A stretch of 64,000 bases of DNA from Felis catus. Taxonomy: Eukaryota. Positions 50,027-62,204 of this stretch are shown piece after piece. Each line of letters starts with the position of its first letter. Position 1 is the first letter of the stretch. The translations under genes and the position numbers were made by a program. The stretch is from positions 108,440,001 through 108,504,000 of the forward strand of contig NC_058373.1 of the NCBI RefSeq assembly GCF_018350175.1. The letters are read 5' to 3'. The notes under the pieces are model-generated. The model did no database searches. It had not been told where the DNA came from and saw only the letters and a list, made by a program, of their open reading frames with translations.

Positions 50027-52076
50027 GTATTTGCATGAAAACCTTCCTTTATCTAGAGCAGGGATGGACAGTCGTAAGAACAGCTTTGAGTCACTTGATT
50101 ACTACACTTGTATCTGAGGCTCCAGAGACGAAAAGAAAAGGGGGCGAGACCCAGAGGCTGAAACAGAGTAGAGGGGATCTTACCAACCTCACAGAGGGGC
50201 TGTCATGCAGGGAACTGGGAGGAATGAATAAGAAGTGCCAAAATCCTTACCCCTGATTTGTGGGACCCCTTCCTTCCTTTTAGGTTATCATTTTGTATAT
50301 TTTGAACACTGATGGCTAGAATTAGAATGGTATTTATGAAGCTTTATAAAATCTTGTTCTCTTCTGATAAATACAAATATTTCACATACCTGTTTGCTGA
50401 CATTGAGATTCTGTCATTTTTCTCTCATTTGGAATCCTAGAGTCTATTTTCCATATATGTATATGACCTCAGAAGAGTTTTTGGAAACTTTCTTTTAGTA
50501 GTTGATGTTCTTAAAACAATATGTGTGTTTTATCTTTCAAATAAATATATGTTTTACAATAATATCAAATAGCCTTTTTCAGATAACACATACCTTGTAC
50601 ATTTGTCCTCATTTTCTGTAGTTTCTACCCTCCCCCCCACCCCCCATCCTACCCCTCTGTTTCCATCCTCTGCCACATGAGAATTGCTTGCTGGGCAAGA
50701 GCAAAGTGTTCTGCCATTCTCTGATGTCTTCAGACTAAGTACCTTCCACAAAGGGGAGGGAATAATACTCTGAAGTAGATCAGCACAGCCTGTGAATTGT
50801 TATAGTAGGTAGACCTTGTTAAGAGTCCTCCTTCTATCCCCCCACGTACACAAAATAACCTGAAGAAAGAACGGTGCATTATTTCTTAGTGCTTTTCTAG
50901 TGAAGGTCAGGGATCTCTCTGAGTCCTTTATGCCTGGAACCCTGAATAGGCATAGGCTATTGAAACAGGGAAAGGTCTATGAATTGTAGTTGGTAAAAAG
51001 CTAGAGAAAAAGAACATTGTCCACTTTAGTGACCCAGTCTAAATGACCTGAGTTCTCTAATCTTTTCCTTCTTTCCTTTGGACATGTGATTAGTCAAACC
51101 AATGGAGGCATAGTTGCAGGTCTTCCATATTTTTCCACACTTAGCAATAGAAAGAGAAAAACAAGAGCCTGGGATTGAGAGAAGGTAACAGAGAAGAAAT
51201 TTCTGACTTGACAAGGTGGATAAGGCTGGCCAAAAAAAGAACAGCAACAAAGAATATACAGAAAAGACCTTATTCTTCAGCAGAAATATAACAATTTGCT
51301 ATCCATCATGTAATTTTACTTACTGATATGAGCCACATAACATATTTTATTGCTATTCCTTTTAGCCCAAGGTAAGAGAAAAAATAAATGCGTGATGTAA
51401 CCAAAGCATAGTAGCGTAGCGGTAGCTACTGCCCTCCGTCATTTCCTTACTCCCTCTCTTGTTTTCTCTTTTGCTGGTGTTACATCACAGCCTTCCCCTC
51501 TTCCACCAGCAGGGCAAATGTTAGCTAATGAAAGTTAATAGCAGTTGATTCCCTGGGAGCAGCGTGTTGCATTCAAAAGCTAATGGCCCCATTTCCCAGA
51601 AGCTCAAATGTCTAGTTTCTGATTTATACAAATGGCTCCTTTTCTGAGAGTTCTGACAACCATTCCAAACTTACCCTTTCTGGAATTAGCAATAACCTCA
51701 ATTATAACTGGGGATTCTGAAATTTTTGACAGATAGTGACAGAAAAGATAAAATTACTTTCGCTATTGGAGGGAGGGAAAAGCACACCACATTGGATAAT
51801 GCAGTAAATTATTTGTAGATTTTGAAGAAAATCAGGATTTTCATAGGAAGGGATAACTGCATGCTAAATTTTAGGTTATCAAATGCCATGGAAATGTTAA
51901 TGTAATTTTTATTGCATGATGTTTTTTTCTGTGTCACTTCTTTTTGTTCATCTTTAGATCAGTGAATTATTTTCCAGCAAGAAAGAATAAGGAAGAGATT
52001 AAGCATTCATCCCAGAGAAGATTTGTGGGTTTCTTGTCTGTTCTGCATCTACTTAGCTTTTTTTTTACTCTACCTT

Positions 52077-52303
52077 TTTTATTTAAAAAAAATTTTTAAT
52101 GTTCATTTATTTTTGAGAGAGATACAGAGTGAGCAGAGGAGGGGCAGAGAGAGAAGGAGACACAGAATCCAAAGCACACTCCAGGCTCTGAGCTGTCAGC
52201 ACAGAGCCCAATGCGGGGCTCACAGGGCTTGAACCCAGAAACCGTGAGAACATGACCTGAGCTGAAGTTGGAGGCTTAACAGACTGAGCCACCCAGATGT
52301 CCC
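52077..52303 (-). mobile_element. Can-SINE
   Basis: Reverse consensus, TSD actctacctt. Confidence 0.9.
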
Positions 52304-52603
52304 TTTCACTCTACCTTAAACATGATTTTCTAAGATAAAATTTAATTGTAGACAACTCTTACACTTTAAAAATATGTTCAAAATGTTCAACCAGTGAAAG
52401 TAAAGGTTTCATGTTTCAAGTGAGGTTCTTTATTCTAGATGGAATAGTGAGGTTATTAGAACCAGGAAAATGCTATCTTCATGTTCCTGGCAGGTTCTCT
52501 CTTGTCTCACTTATCTGACTTAGTGTGGTACATTGATTGACACTGTCTCCCCAGTAATGTCAAAGAGGGTTCACGTGAAGTGATCCACCTCGGATTTGAG
52601 ATT

Positions 52604-52651
52604 ATATCTATATCTATATCTATATCTATATCTATATCTATATCTATCTAT
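52604..52651. repeat. (TATATC)n microsatellite
   Basis: Directly visible. Confidence 0.95.
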
Positions 52652-52665
52652 CTCAAGGTGATATT

Positions 52666-52766
52666 GGGGTGCCTGGCTGGTTTAATCAGAGCATGCAGCT
52701 CTTGATCTCAGGGTCATGAGTTCAAGCCCCACATGGGGGATAGAGTTTATATAAGAATAATTTTTT
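52666..52766 (+). mobile_element. Short tRNA-Lys-derived carnivore SINE (SINEC_old-like)
   Basis: GGGGTGCCTGGCTGG...GAGCATGCAGCTCTTGATCTCAGGGTCATGAGTTCAAGCCCCAC. TSD aaggtgatat at 52655-52664 and 52767-52776. Confidence 0.85.
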
Positions 52767-55375
52767 AAGGTGATATCAGGGTGATATATATATCAAGAGA
52801 TTTATTGCAAAGAATTGGCCTATGCTATTACTGAAGCTGGCTAGAGAAATATAGAGCTCTGAAATCCACAGGTAAAATTTCTCTGTGTCCAGAGAGGCCT
52901 CAGTTCTCCTCTTAAGGCTTATGTAGGATAGTCTCCATTACTTAAAGTCAACTGCTTAAGGGCTTTAGTCACATCTATAAAATACTTCCATAGTATCACC
53001 TCAATTAATGTTTGATTATTTAATTGAAGCCTATAGCTTGGCCAAGTTGACACATAAAACTGACCATCATCGTAGATGGTGAGAAAAAGTATTTGTATGT
53101 GTGTGGGTGGTGGTGGGAGGGAAGGGTTTGGGAGTATAAAATGAAGTAACTGGATAATAGGGTTATGCCATGGCGAGGTGGGATATGGATTAAAAAGTGC
53201 AAAAAAGTTTTCTGCTAAAATAAATATGGCTTATGTGACATAATTATGGCCTATAATTTCTAGGAAGCTAGGACACATTTCTCTGACAACAGGCAATTAC
53301 TTTCCTGTATGTGTTTAAGGTGACATGATCTTCCTTAACTTACAGGATGGGAAGATGGCTTTATGTGATGGTGAATCCTCTTTCTTTCTCCTTCTCCTTG
53401 TGACTTGTACCCTAGCTTTGCTTTTCTAATTCAGTCCTTGCTTGTCTGTCAAAGAAAATGGTTTGTTACATTAATATGGTTCTTATGTTTTTCGGTTATG
53501 AATAGCTTTTCAAGGTTTAATGTAGCTTTTGAAAATTCCCTTATTACTGATCTAGGTATTATCACTGTAGGAGATAAAGTCATGAGACAGTTTTATAGGG
53601 GTAATTTCTTGGCAAAGTTAGACTTTGTGCTGAAATCCTGCTGGGTGCTACACACGTTGATGGATGACCCACTGTTTAATAGGACATTTTAGTGTTCATG
53701 TATATGAGGAATGGATGTGCTAATTAGAGCCTTAGAAGAAAATTCTGCTTTATGTTGTAGGGTTTTGCATATGGAGTATCTCTCGTTCTGTCATTTTCTG
53801 TGGCCTTTTTAAAGTGTGTTTGCCAAATAACTGAGTGTGTGAATGTAAAAATGTTATGGTGTCCTATGAAAGTGTTTCCAAGGGGACTGCACTGAATTAT
53901 TAAGAATAACAAGGCAGATAGGGGAACTTCTCAGTGGATTGCCATGGTGTTGCAAAATCCCAAATCAGGAGTCTGAAGTTGGGCTCTGAGTACCAAGACC
54001 ACCTAAAGATGTTTTTGTATAGTCTGCGTAGGGTGATAATATAATTTTAAGTTTGCATGTTTACTGCAGGTGAGTCATAAACTGTCTGGTAAACTACTGT
54101 CACCACTATTCCATATTGCTGCACACCTGGATGCTTCAATTATTTGTTACCTGCCTAGCCTGGAAAGTTGTTTAAGGGTTTAGTGAAACCCACTGGTGGA
54201 TAAAGACTAGAACGTATTTGTATGTGGCTTAGTACCTTCAAGGAGCTTATATTCTCACTGAGGCTTTAAGACCAACAGCTGAAACGATTGCTACCACACA
54301 ACATGTAAATGAGAGCTGAATTTATCATCTCTACTTTGTCATCCCACTCACTCATCCCATCTCTATCTCTAATTTTCTCTTATCCTGGGATTGTGGCTTC
54401 TGGAGGAGATTGGAGACCAAAGAGAGAATACGTCATTGAGAGGAAAGTCAGGGTGAAAACTATTGCTTTGGAAGACTCTGCCAGTTTTTCCTTACTGTCC
54501 GAGGGTAACCTAGACTTTAAAGAAGAGGAAGGGGATGCACAGATGATGCAGGGCTGAAAGAGAAAACAGAATAACACCAAGGTCAGGGGAAAACACTGAG
54601 TCCAAGGAGTCAGGGAAGATTCAGGAGTTGTTGGACTTTGGATGGAAAGGAAAGATGAGAGGAGAGGGGGTTTGGGGACCATCGTGAAAAGAAATACACA
54701 ACTTGTGTTTTCATGAGCCCATGAGGCAACAGGTGACAGCAAGGTGGGAGGCAATAGAAAATTGGGGTTTATAGGGTTGGAAGAGGCTAGTTTGGGTCAG
54801 ACAAACAAGCAAGGCTAATATTTATCGAAAACCTAGTGGCTGCCAGGTGGATATTATTTCATGTGCCCACATGACTCTGTGATGGCTCTTATCATCATTT
54901 TATGGATAAGAAAACAAAAGTTCGGACAGTCCAAATATTGTGTAAATTCTTAACACAGAGCTAGGTTTTAAACACAGATCATCTGAATCCAAGTCCAGCG
55001 TTCCATGGATCAAGTAAAGAATTTTTTACTTGAGAGAACCACTGAAGCCTTTCAAGGAGAGGGTAAGATGGTGAATGTGAAAGAGAGAAAGAAGAATCCT
55101 AGAGTCAGGAGACAGTATGATCTCCATAGTAGATTGTTGTTCTCGCTTTCTAGATCCATCCCCAAAGTCTTATGTTCATTAGTTCCGACAAAATGCCGAT
55201 GTGTTTTTTTTAATATAAGCACACATCCTTTATATTCATATTGTTAGAAAGTATTAAACCTTTGTATATTCCATGATGAACTAATGGTCTTTTTGGTTAT
55301 CTAGACCAAGTTTATCCACTCTGTGGATAGAATTATATTTCTGTAGGTGTTATTTGATGGGTTTTGTTTTTGAGA

Positions 55376-55515
55376 TTTTTTTTTTACTTAGAGAGAGAGA
55401 GAAAGAGAGAGAATCTTAAGCAGGCTCCATACCCAGCATTGAGCCTGACATGGGGCTTGATCTCACAACCTTGAAATCATGAACTGAGCCTGGTGACTGA
55501 GCCACCCAGTGCCTC
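55376..55515 (-). mobile_element. Internally deleted Can-SINE about 105 bp upstream of a SYT16 exon
   Basis: T tail, (GA)n, gcaggctcc...gagccacccagtgcc, TSD tgtttttga(g/a)at. Confidence 0.85.
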
Positions 55516-55620
55516 TGTTTTTGAAATCTTGATTTGTGTTGTTGCTACTGCTCAACTTCTCTAGGTAAAAAGGTGTAAAATAATAATACATTTGAAATAG
55601 TCTCCTTATTGCACATTTAG

Positions 55621-55877
55621 GTTTGGATGGAGCCAACCAACCAAACTATTCTGAGACTCTGTCTTATGGTGAAGATGATCCCATCTCTGCCCACTCACAG
55701 TCCCCATGTGAGGTGGGAAACACCAGGCACCAGGGTGCATCTCCCCAAGAGACCAGTGTGCCTCGCAGCCTTAGTCGCCAGTCCACAGAAGGCAGCTTGG
55801 AATTGGAGACAGCTTTTAATAACCGGGGATTTGAAGACTCCTATGCTACTGACAGCAGCTCCATGTGGAGTCCAGAG
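55621..55877 (+). CDS. SYT16: Synaptotagmin-16 internal coding exon (257 nt, phase 1-0), ending at a GC donor
   Basis: Acceptor gcacatttag|GT. Translates (G)LDGANQPNYSETLSYGEDD...RQSTEGSLELETAFNNRGFEDSYATDSSSMWSPE, matching SYT16. Donor GAG|gcaagt gives phase 0, which is required by the next exon. Confidence 0.9.
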
Positions 55878-56981
55878 GCAAGTTATTTGTTTTCCAATCT
55901 TTCTTTGCTTGAGTATTGGGTGCTCTCTAGTGAGTTCTTGCTTTCCTCTTCCTGCTCATGTCTTAAGAAAAAAATTTCTCCAGAAAGGAAGCAATGCCTT
56001 GAAAAACAAAGACCTAAAGAGCCTTTATTTATAAGAAATAAAAATTTTTCAGGTGACTAAGTCACAGCTCCTATGTATACCAGTAAAAGAATAGTAAATA
56101 AATTTCTATCAAAGTGGGGGAAAAAAAGAAGAGTGGCAGAATGGACCCAGCAGCAATCAGGCTTCTTGTTTATATAAAAGATTTTTTAGTTCTTTAGAGA
56201 AGACTGGTTTATTTCCTTCATGGTTTCAATTAAGTGGAGTCAATTTTTATTTACCCCAATCTTGAGTTATAATTATTTGAATAAGAGAATTACTTGAAAA
56301 TTAAACTAAAATACAGTGGCCCTCCAAATGAAATGATGCAAAATATGATGAATATCTTGCAGTACAAGTATGTTGTTAGATTTGCATTGAATTCAAGATC
56401 TAGGAGATGGCATTAGTTTGTGATGACCCTCTGGCCATTGACTTTGCTTTTTGGAATAAACCTCTGATAAAAGATGCTCCTTCTAAATTTATTTTTTAAT
56501 TAAAACTTACTCCAGAATATTCCTAACCACCCAGAGGTATGATTGGAGGTGATTATTACAGACACTACCATTTATTGAGCAATTACTATGTGCCAGGCAC
56601 TGTGATAAAGATTTTACAAACATTATCGTATAGGCATTTATAGTTATTCTTTATTAGCTAGATGTCTTTTATTATGATTCTATAACATTAGGAGATATTA
56701 AATAATAATGTCTACTGCCTACTTTGAAATTAATTTTGATGAAATATGTAATATATGTATATAAAATATTCATATAATTTGTGGGGCAAGAGGAAGGAGA
56801 AAAGTGAATGGATTTTGTTAACATCGGTCTGGTTGAGAAAATAACCAGGTGGAAGCTCTTAGAAGGACCTGGACTGTCATACACACCAGATGCTCATCAA
56901 GGAGAAGGAAAAAAAATCACAGAAAATAATGTTCCAAAGTCTTATAGTTGATGCACTGGGGTGTATAGAGAGAGCATAAGG

Positions 56982-56983
<2 letters not shown>

Positions 56984-57038
<55 letters not shown>

Positions 57039-57047
57039 TATGTGTGC
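56984..57047. repeat. (GT)n microsatellite
   Basis: Directly visible. Confidence 0.95.
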
Positions 57048-58845
57048 GCCCACATGTTGGTGTCATAGCTGAGGATGAGAAACAGTAACGCAGATACATG
57101 GTTTGTGGCTTGTCAAGGGCAGTCCTACATATAGAGACACCCAAAGCTATTAACCGTATAAGTTTTGGGAAAAATTTATGCTTCCCAGTTGATTTGCTGC
57201 TGACAAGTCCTATCAAATCCCACACAATAACATTGAATGTTTAAAAATATTCTTTTTGGATTCTCACACAAAGACAAAACAGAAACCGTTTACCTGCCTA
57301 TTGATACTCTGTCCTCTTGATAATTGCTCCCTCAGGCTTGGAATTGCCAGGTAACCTCCCATCTGCCTGACTCACAGAGCTGTAATAGAAGACTTGGTGT
57401 TGAGAGCACTAAATGTTCTCAGACTCCAAAAATACCCAGACATCTCTGTGTGCTCCATTCAACCTCCTATCTATTTTGAGACAAAAACTGTAATTTGGTG
57501 CTCCTACAGTAGAACCTCAGATGCGGCTCGGAGGCAGTTCCTGTAACTGCCTGCTTTGCAGGCTTAGCTTGCCTTTTAAGAATTGATTTATTTGCCTCTT
57601 AACTGTATTAAGAACCCAGTCTTCCCCTGTGTATCTGGCATCGGGAACATATTGCAGGTCTGTTTACTTTGGGCCACACAGATGACATCAACATTATCTT
57701 ACTAAAACACAAAGGCTTTCAATTTGATAGAAAATCTTTAAACCTACGAGAGTTTTGACAACGTGGCACAAGTATTCCCATCTTAGAGAAAAATCAGGAT
57801 CTTAGAGCTAAAGGAATCATTTCTTTTGCCTTAGAAGGAAACCATTCATACAGTGTGACTACCCTTTAGGCTGATGGATTTTTGAGCACCGCTCTTCTCT
57901 GCTGGAAAAGGCCGTCAACTTTTTCCTGCAGACCCAAGGCTTGGCAGGGAAGACAATGGACGGGTGGCTGGTGATTTTGAGCACACAGGGAGGCAGGTGT
58001 CCCACTTTTCATCTCTGCTTTCTACTGATTAACTGGTTGGCCTTGAGAAGTTAATTAAAATCTGCCAAATGGGGATAAAAATGAAGAGATTTTTACCTTG
58101 CAGGAAGGTCAGATGGATTAGTGGTATTAACAGTACCCGCATGAGGAGAGCCTTTAGTTGCCTGGTGATAGGTAAAGTGTGTTGAAATAATTAATTGCTA
58201 TAAAAATACCAGCCTTCACAAATCTTTGTTTCAGATCAACCCAGGAAGGGGCCACAGAGCCCAGTTTCCCTGTGCCACAGCTCGGATCGTCCCCATTCAG
58301 AGCCTGGCTAGGGCCTACAGCTCTGTTTTATGCAGGGTTCTTAGGAGAGTTGTTTCAGAGACCTTCAAAGGGCTTAGCACAGACCTGCAGGTGGAGTGAG
58401 CATTTGTCTGAATAGATAGCCCGATGGATAAGTGGAGAGATAAGTCACTGACTAGAATATTTTTACCTTGGCATTGAAGTTGCTGACAACTTCTGCTAAC
58501 TATTATGAAGGGCAGGGACCTAAAAGGATGTGAAATTCAAAGTAGTATGTGTTTCCATCTCTCCTTTTACTCCAGCCTCACCCCACACACTTACTACAAA
58601 TATAAATAGCTGTGGTGAAAGGCTTGGGGGGGTGGGTAGAAGGGAGTCATCATGGTTCAGTCTAAGGTTTGGGATTTTGAGCATTAATACTGGTAAATCC
58701 TGCATACCCTTGGTAGGGCATATGATGTTGGGAGCAGTGAGTGAGTTATTTAGTCTTTCTAAGCCTTAAGTTTCCTCCCCCCACAAAATGAAGATATTAA
58801 AATTCCTACCTTGCTAGGTTAATGTGAATATTTTAAAAGATAACA

Positions 58846-59325
58846 TTTCTTAGGTAGATTCCCAAAAAGCAGAGCCTGTTTTGTCAGGATGTACAATCCC
58901 TGAGAACAAGAGTGAGGGACAAGGGGGGGGGAATGAAGCAGGGTAGAAGGGAGAGCCAGTATAAGAATGTGTAATCAAGTTGGCCACCACTAAGTGTGGC
59001 TCATGGCTTGATCTTGTGGGACTGACAGAAGCTGTGCTAACTCATCTCAGGACATCTGTCCAAGGGGACACAAGTTGGGCATTAACCTCCACGGCACTCT
59101 GGACTTTATATACATGAATGCCATGCAGCATTCTGTAACATTCCAATCCTTGACATCAATAGAGGCCTGTGGTGGGAGTTGAGAGTTGCATTGCCTGGAC
59201 AAGCGGTAAGACTTTGTTGGGCTGTGCCAGGCTGAAGCTACTTAGAGCCCAACAGTCTGTGCCTGCTGGAAAGCTGCAACAAAAGGTGAGGCCGAGAAGG
59301 TCTGAAGTGCCTGAAAGTGGGCTTT
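58846..59325 (-). mobile_element. Degenerate ERVL LTR (LTR16-like)
   Basis: ttaggtagattcccaaaaagcagagcctg...gggagagccagtataagaatgtgt pattern. Confidence 0.4.
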
Positions 59326-60515
59326 TGCAGACCATAAAGTGTTTAGTATGGTACCTGGCACAAGAGACAGCTTAGTAGATGTTAGCCCTGATTACTTCTG
59401 ACCCAGCAAGCAATATAGAGATGATCAAGAGGAGGCTAAAATAGATGGGAGTTTTAACAGAAGACTGTGACTTGATTTCTGAGTTAGCCTAACTCCTTGG
59501 AGACTTGCTTCTAATATTAAATCTACACTAGTCAGTTGTATTCGGAAATCTCTATAGCAACCACTTTTATCACTTGAAACTAAGTACCTCTGAATAGAAG
59601 CACTCTCACATGAATGCATGCTGAGGAAAGAATATAAGGAGCTTCCCTTATTTTGCAAAAGCCTAAATTTTCTTGGTAGACGAATGTGCATTTTAAAAGA
59701 GAAGACATTTATTCCATGTCTCCTGTTTGTCAAGTCCTTTAATTTTCACAACAATCCTGTAATTGGTTTCATCCCCCATTTTACTGTTGAAGAAAGCCAC
59801 AAGTGGAAAGATTAAATACCTTGTCCAATGTCATAGAGAGAGTAAGTGGTAGACCTGGGTCGCCTAAAGATGTCTCATTCCAGTGAACTGTGCACTTTCA
59901 CCTCGACTCTGTGGGGAAGTTTTGATGATGAATGCACGTTTTTGAGGTGCTTTATCATATATTTTAAAATAGTCTTTAGATTATCAAAGTCTGGTGTTCA
60001 GTCACATAAATAAGAATGGGTTCTGATTTATAATAAGAATCAGGCCAAAGTTTAGTTATGAGTAAGTATCATGCCTTCATAGAAAAAAATCAAATTATGT
60101 TGACATTCTTTATAGTTTGTTGGAGACTACTTCATTATAATCAGCTCAGTTCAGTGTTCTCAGTGAGGTCATCAGATCTGACTGGCTATGGGTGAATTGT
60201 TGTCGAAGGGTGATATTGTATAATGAGGGGGGCCATGTTTGAAAATAGGTATCATCAGTCCATTGATGGGAATAGGTATTTATGGAGTCTGGTCTGAGCC
60301 AGGTGTTTTTCCATATCTCTTAAAATCTCGCTGTAACACTCCATCAAATAGGCATCTTAATGCTCATTTTTCAGCTAAAGCACAGAGAGGGTGGCCTATT
60401 TGGCCAGGGTCAAAAAGCCAGTCCATGGTAGAGTTATGATTTCAACCCGAGTTCTGTCTCCACATCTGGTATTGCTGTTTGCTAAGTGGCTGCTGAGGAT
60501 GCCCTCCTAAACCCT

Positions 60516-60655
60516 CAGTACTCAGAGTGTGGTTTGAGGCCAGTGGTGACATCCTTGTGACCTGAGAAATGCAGAGCCTCAGGCCCCACCCCAGTCCTAC
60601 AGAATCAGAAACTCTGAGTGACTCAAGTCCACACAAATGTTTGAGAAGCTCTACC
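60516..60655. mobile_element. MER5A-like hAT-Charlie DNA transposon relic
   Basis: agaaatgcagagcctcaggccccaccc...gaatcagaaactctg...gtttgagaagctct. Confidence 0.7.
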
Positions 60656-61158
60656 CTAGACGTTTTCTCCCATGTAGCTGGAAAATCTACTGAAGAATCA
60701 CCTGTCTGTGACCCCCATTAGGATTCTCATCTGCAGGAAGTCCTGGCTCTTGGAGCACAGGCCCAGGCTCCACCATTTTTCCTGGGAACTCCAGAAAAAG
60801 TTCTCTCTTGGAAGCTGTATAGGTGACTAATTTTAGACTTTAGACCTCGGTTTCAATGATAGTGGTCAGGTGTGCTTTCTGAGAGTGTATATGACAACCC
60901 TTTGTAAAATATAAAAGCTTTGTTCATTCATTCCAAAAGCATTCGTGAAGATTCACCTTATGCCAGGCGCTGTACCCCCAAAGAATTTACAATCTAAGGG
61001 AGACGTACACCAGTAAACAGACCCTTCTAGTGAACAGGGATGTGTGCTAGCAGTCAAAAAGTACAGTGTTCTGATGGAGCACAGAGGGGCTCTATCTCAC
61101 CAAAATGTATTTGGGCATTATCATTTCCATTCCTAATCTCTTCCTCTATCTGCAACAG

Positions 61159-61599
61159 GAACAGGATGGGGCCAATTTTCAGGTGCCGACTGGGGCCCTG
61201 GAGCCCATCTCAAAATGTGGTGACTTGGATGTCATCTTTGAATATAAAGGTTCCAGCCAGAAGCTCACAGTGACCATTGTGAGAGCGCAGGGCCTCCCAG
61301 ATAAGGACCGAAGTGGTGTCAACTCCTGGCAAGTTCACGTAGTTCTGCTGCCCAGTAAGAAACAGAGGGGAAGGACAAGCATACAGAGAGGCCCCAACCC
61401 TGTTTTTAAGGAGAAGGTCACCTTCACCAAGCTGGAGCCCAGAGATGCGGCTGCCTGTGCTATCCGCTTCCGCCTGTATGCTGCCCGCAAGATGACCCGT
61501 GAGAGAATGATGGGAGAGAAGCTGTTCCATCTCAGCCACCTGAACCCAGAAGGGGAAATGAAAGTGACTCTGGTTCTGGAGCCAAGAAGTAATATCAGT
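61159..61599 (+). CDS. SYT16: Synaptotagmin-16 coding exon encoding the C2A domain (441 nt, phase 0-0)
   Basis: Acceptor ctcttcctctatctgcaacag|GAA and donor AGT|gtgagt. Translates EQDGANFQVPTGALEPISKCGDLDVIFEY...QRGPNPVFKEKVTF...RFRLYAARKMTRERMMGEKLF...VLEPRSNIS, a C2 fold with the SYT14/16 signature (SWQVHVVLLP, IQRGP). Confidence 0.96.
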
Positions 61600-62204
61600 G
61601 TGAGTATGTTAAATGGTGCTGCTAATGATGCGGTATGTTCAAGGATCTGGAATTGTCAGCTCTTGATTTAGTACATTCAGCCTGTGAATTCAAACACCTT
61701 AATTTAATTTTCCATTTGGCTCTCCTCATCCTTGTAAGCCATGATTTGCACTTCATGGTACAATGGGTTTTTTGTGCCCATCTTCCCTATAAGCTGATGG
61801 ATGTATTCCCTGTCCATTTCTGGAAATGACAGCAACAGTGTGGGGGAAGGGCTTAACCTGTGAATAACTGACCTGTAGTCTGACGATGCTCCTCCTTTCC
61901 CACCCTTAATGTGCATTGTGATGAATCTCAGAGATGGGACTTTCAAGGGGAGCTCCTTAACGTGTGTTTGAGTAGGCTACAACAGTAGCCCTGATCTCCA
62001 GCCACTTCTAAGACCTGCCATTCATATGACTGGCCTCCTCCCACGTATCTTATCCTCTACATCCCTGCTGGGGTCTTGAGGAAGGACAGTGTGGTGTGTA
62101 TGTCTACAAGATGGAAAACCCACTATTGATGGGGGTTAAGTGTCATCTAGTATGTGGGCCTTTGAAAAACCATGTAAAAAGATCACATAGCAATCTTGGG
62201 CTCT

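Larger units (their letters stand above)
52555..53071 (-). mobile_element. MLT2-like LTR, interrupted by a (TATATC)n microsatellite and a short SINE
   Basis: gagatttattgcaaagaattggc...gccaagttgacacataaaactgaccatca is the reverse MLT2 terminus. Left end uncertain. Confidence 0.65.
50027..55620 (+). other. SYT16: SYT16 GT-AG intron (5594 nt)
   Basis: Starts gtattt, ends tttag. Joins the flanking exons in frame (G|GT = Gly). Confidence 0.88.
55878..61158 (+). other. SYT16: SYT16 GC-AG intron (5281 nt)
   Basis: Starts gcaagt, ends caacag. Nearby GT alternatives at 55870 and 55882 are out of frame with the C2A exon. Confidence 0.85.

Noticed and set aside
49651..50256. 201-aa ORF treated as a complete gene
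   Set aside because: Only 49814-50026 matches SYT16 and is bounded by splice sites. The rest is intron.
52666..52740. tRNA-Lys-like sequence (also 20362-20436)
   Set aside because: SINE head, with a TSD for the 52666 copy. The cloverleaf is degenerate, so not a tRNA gene.
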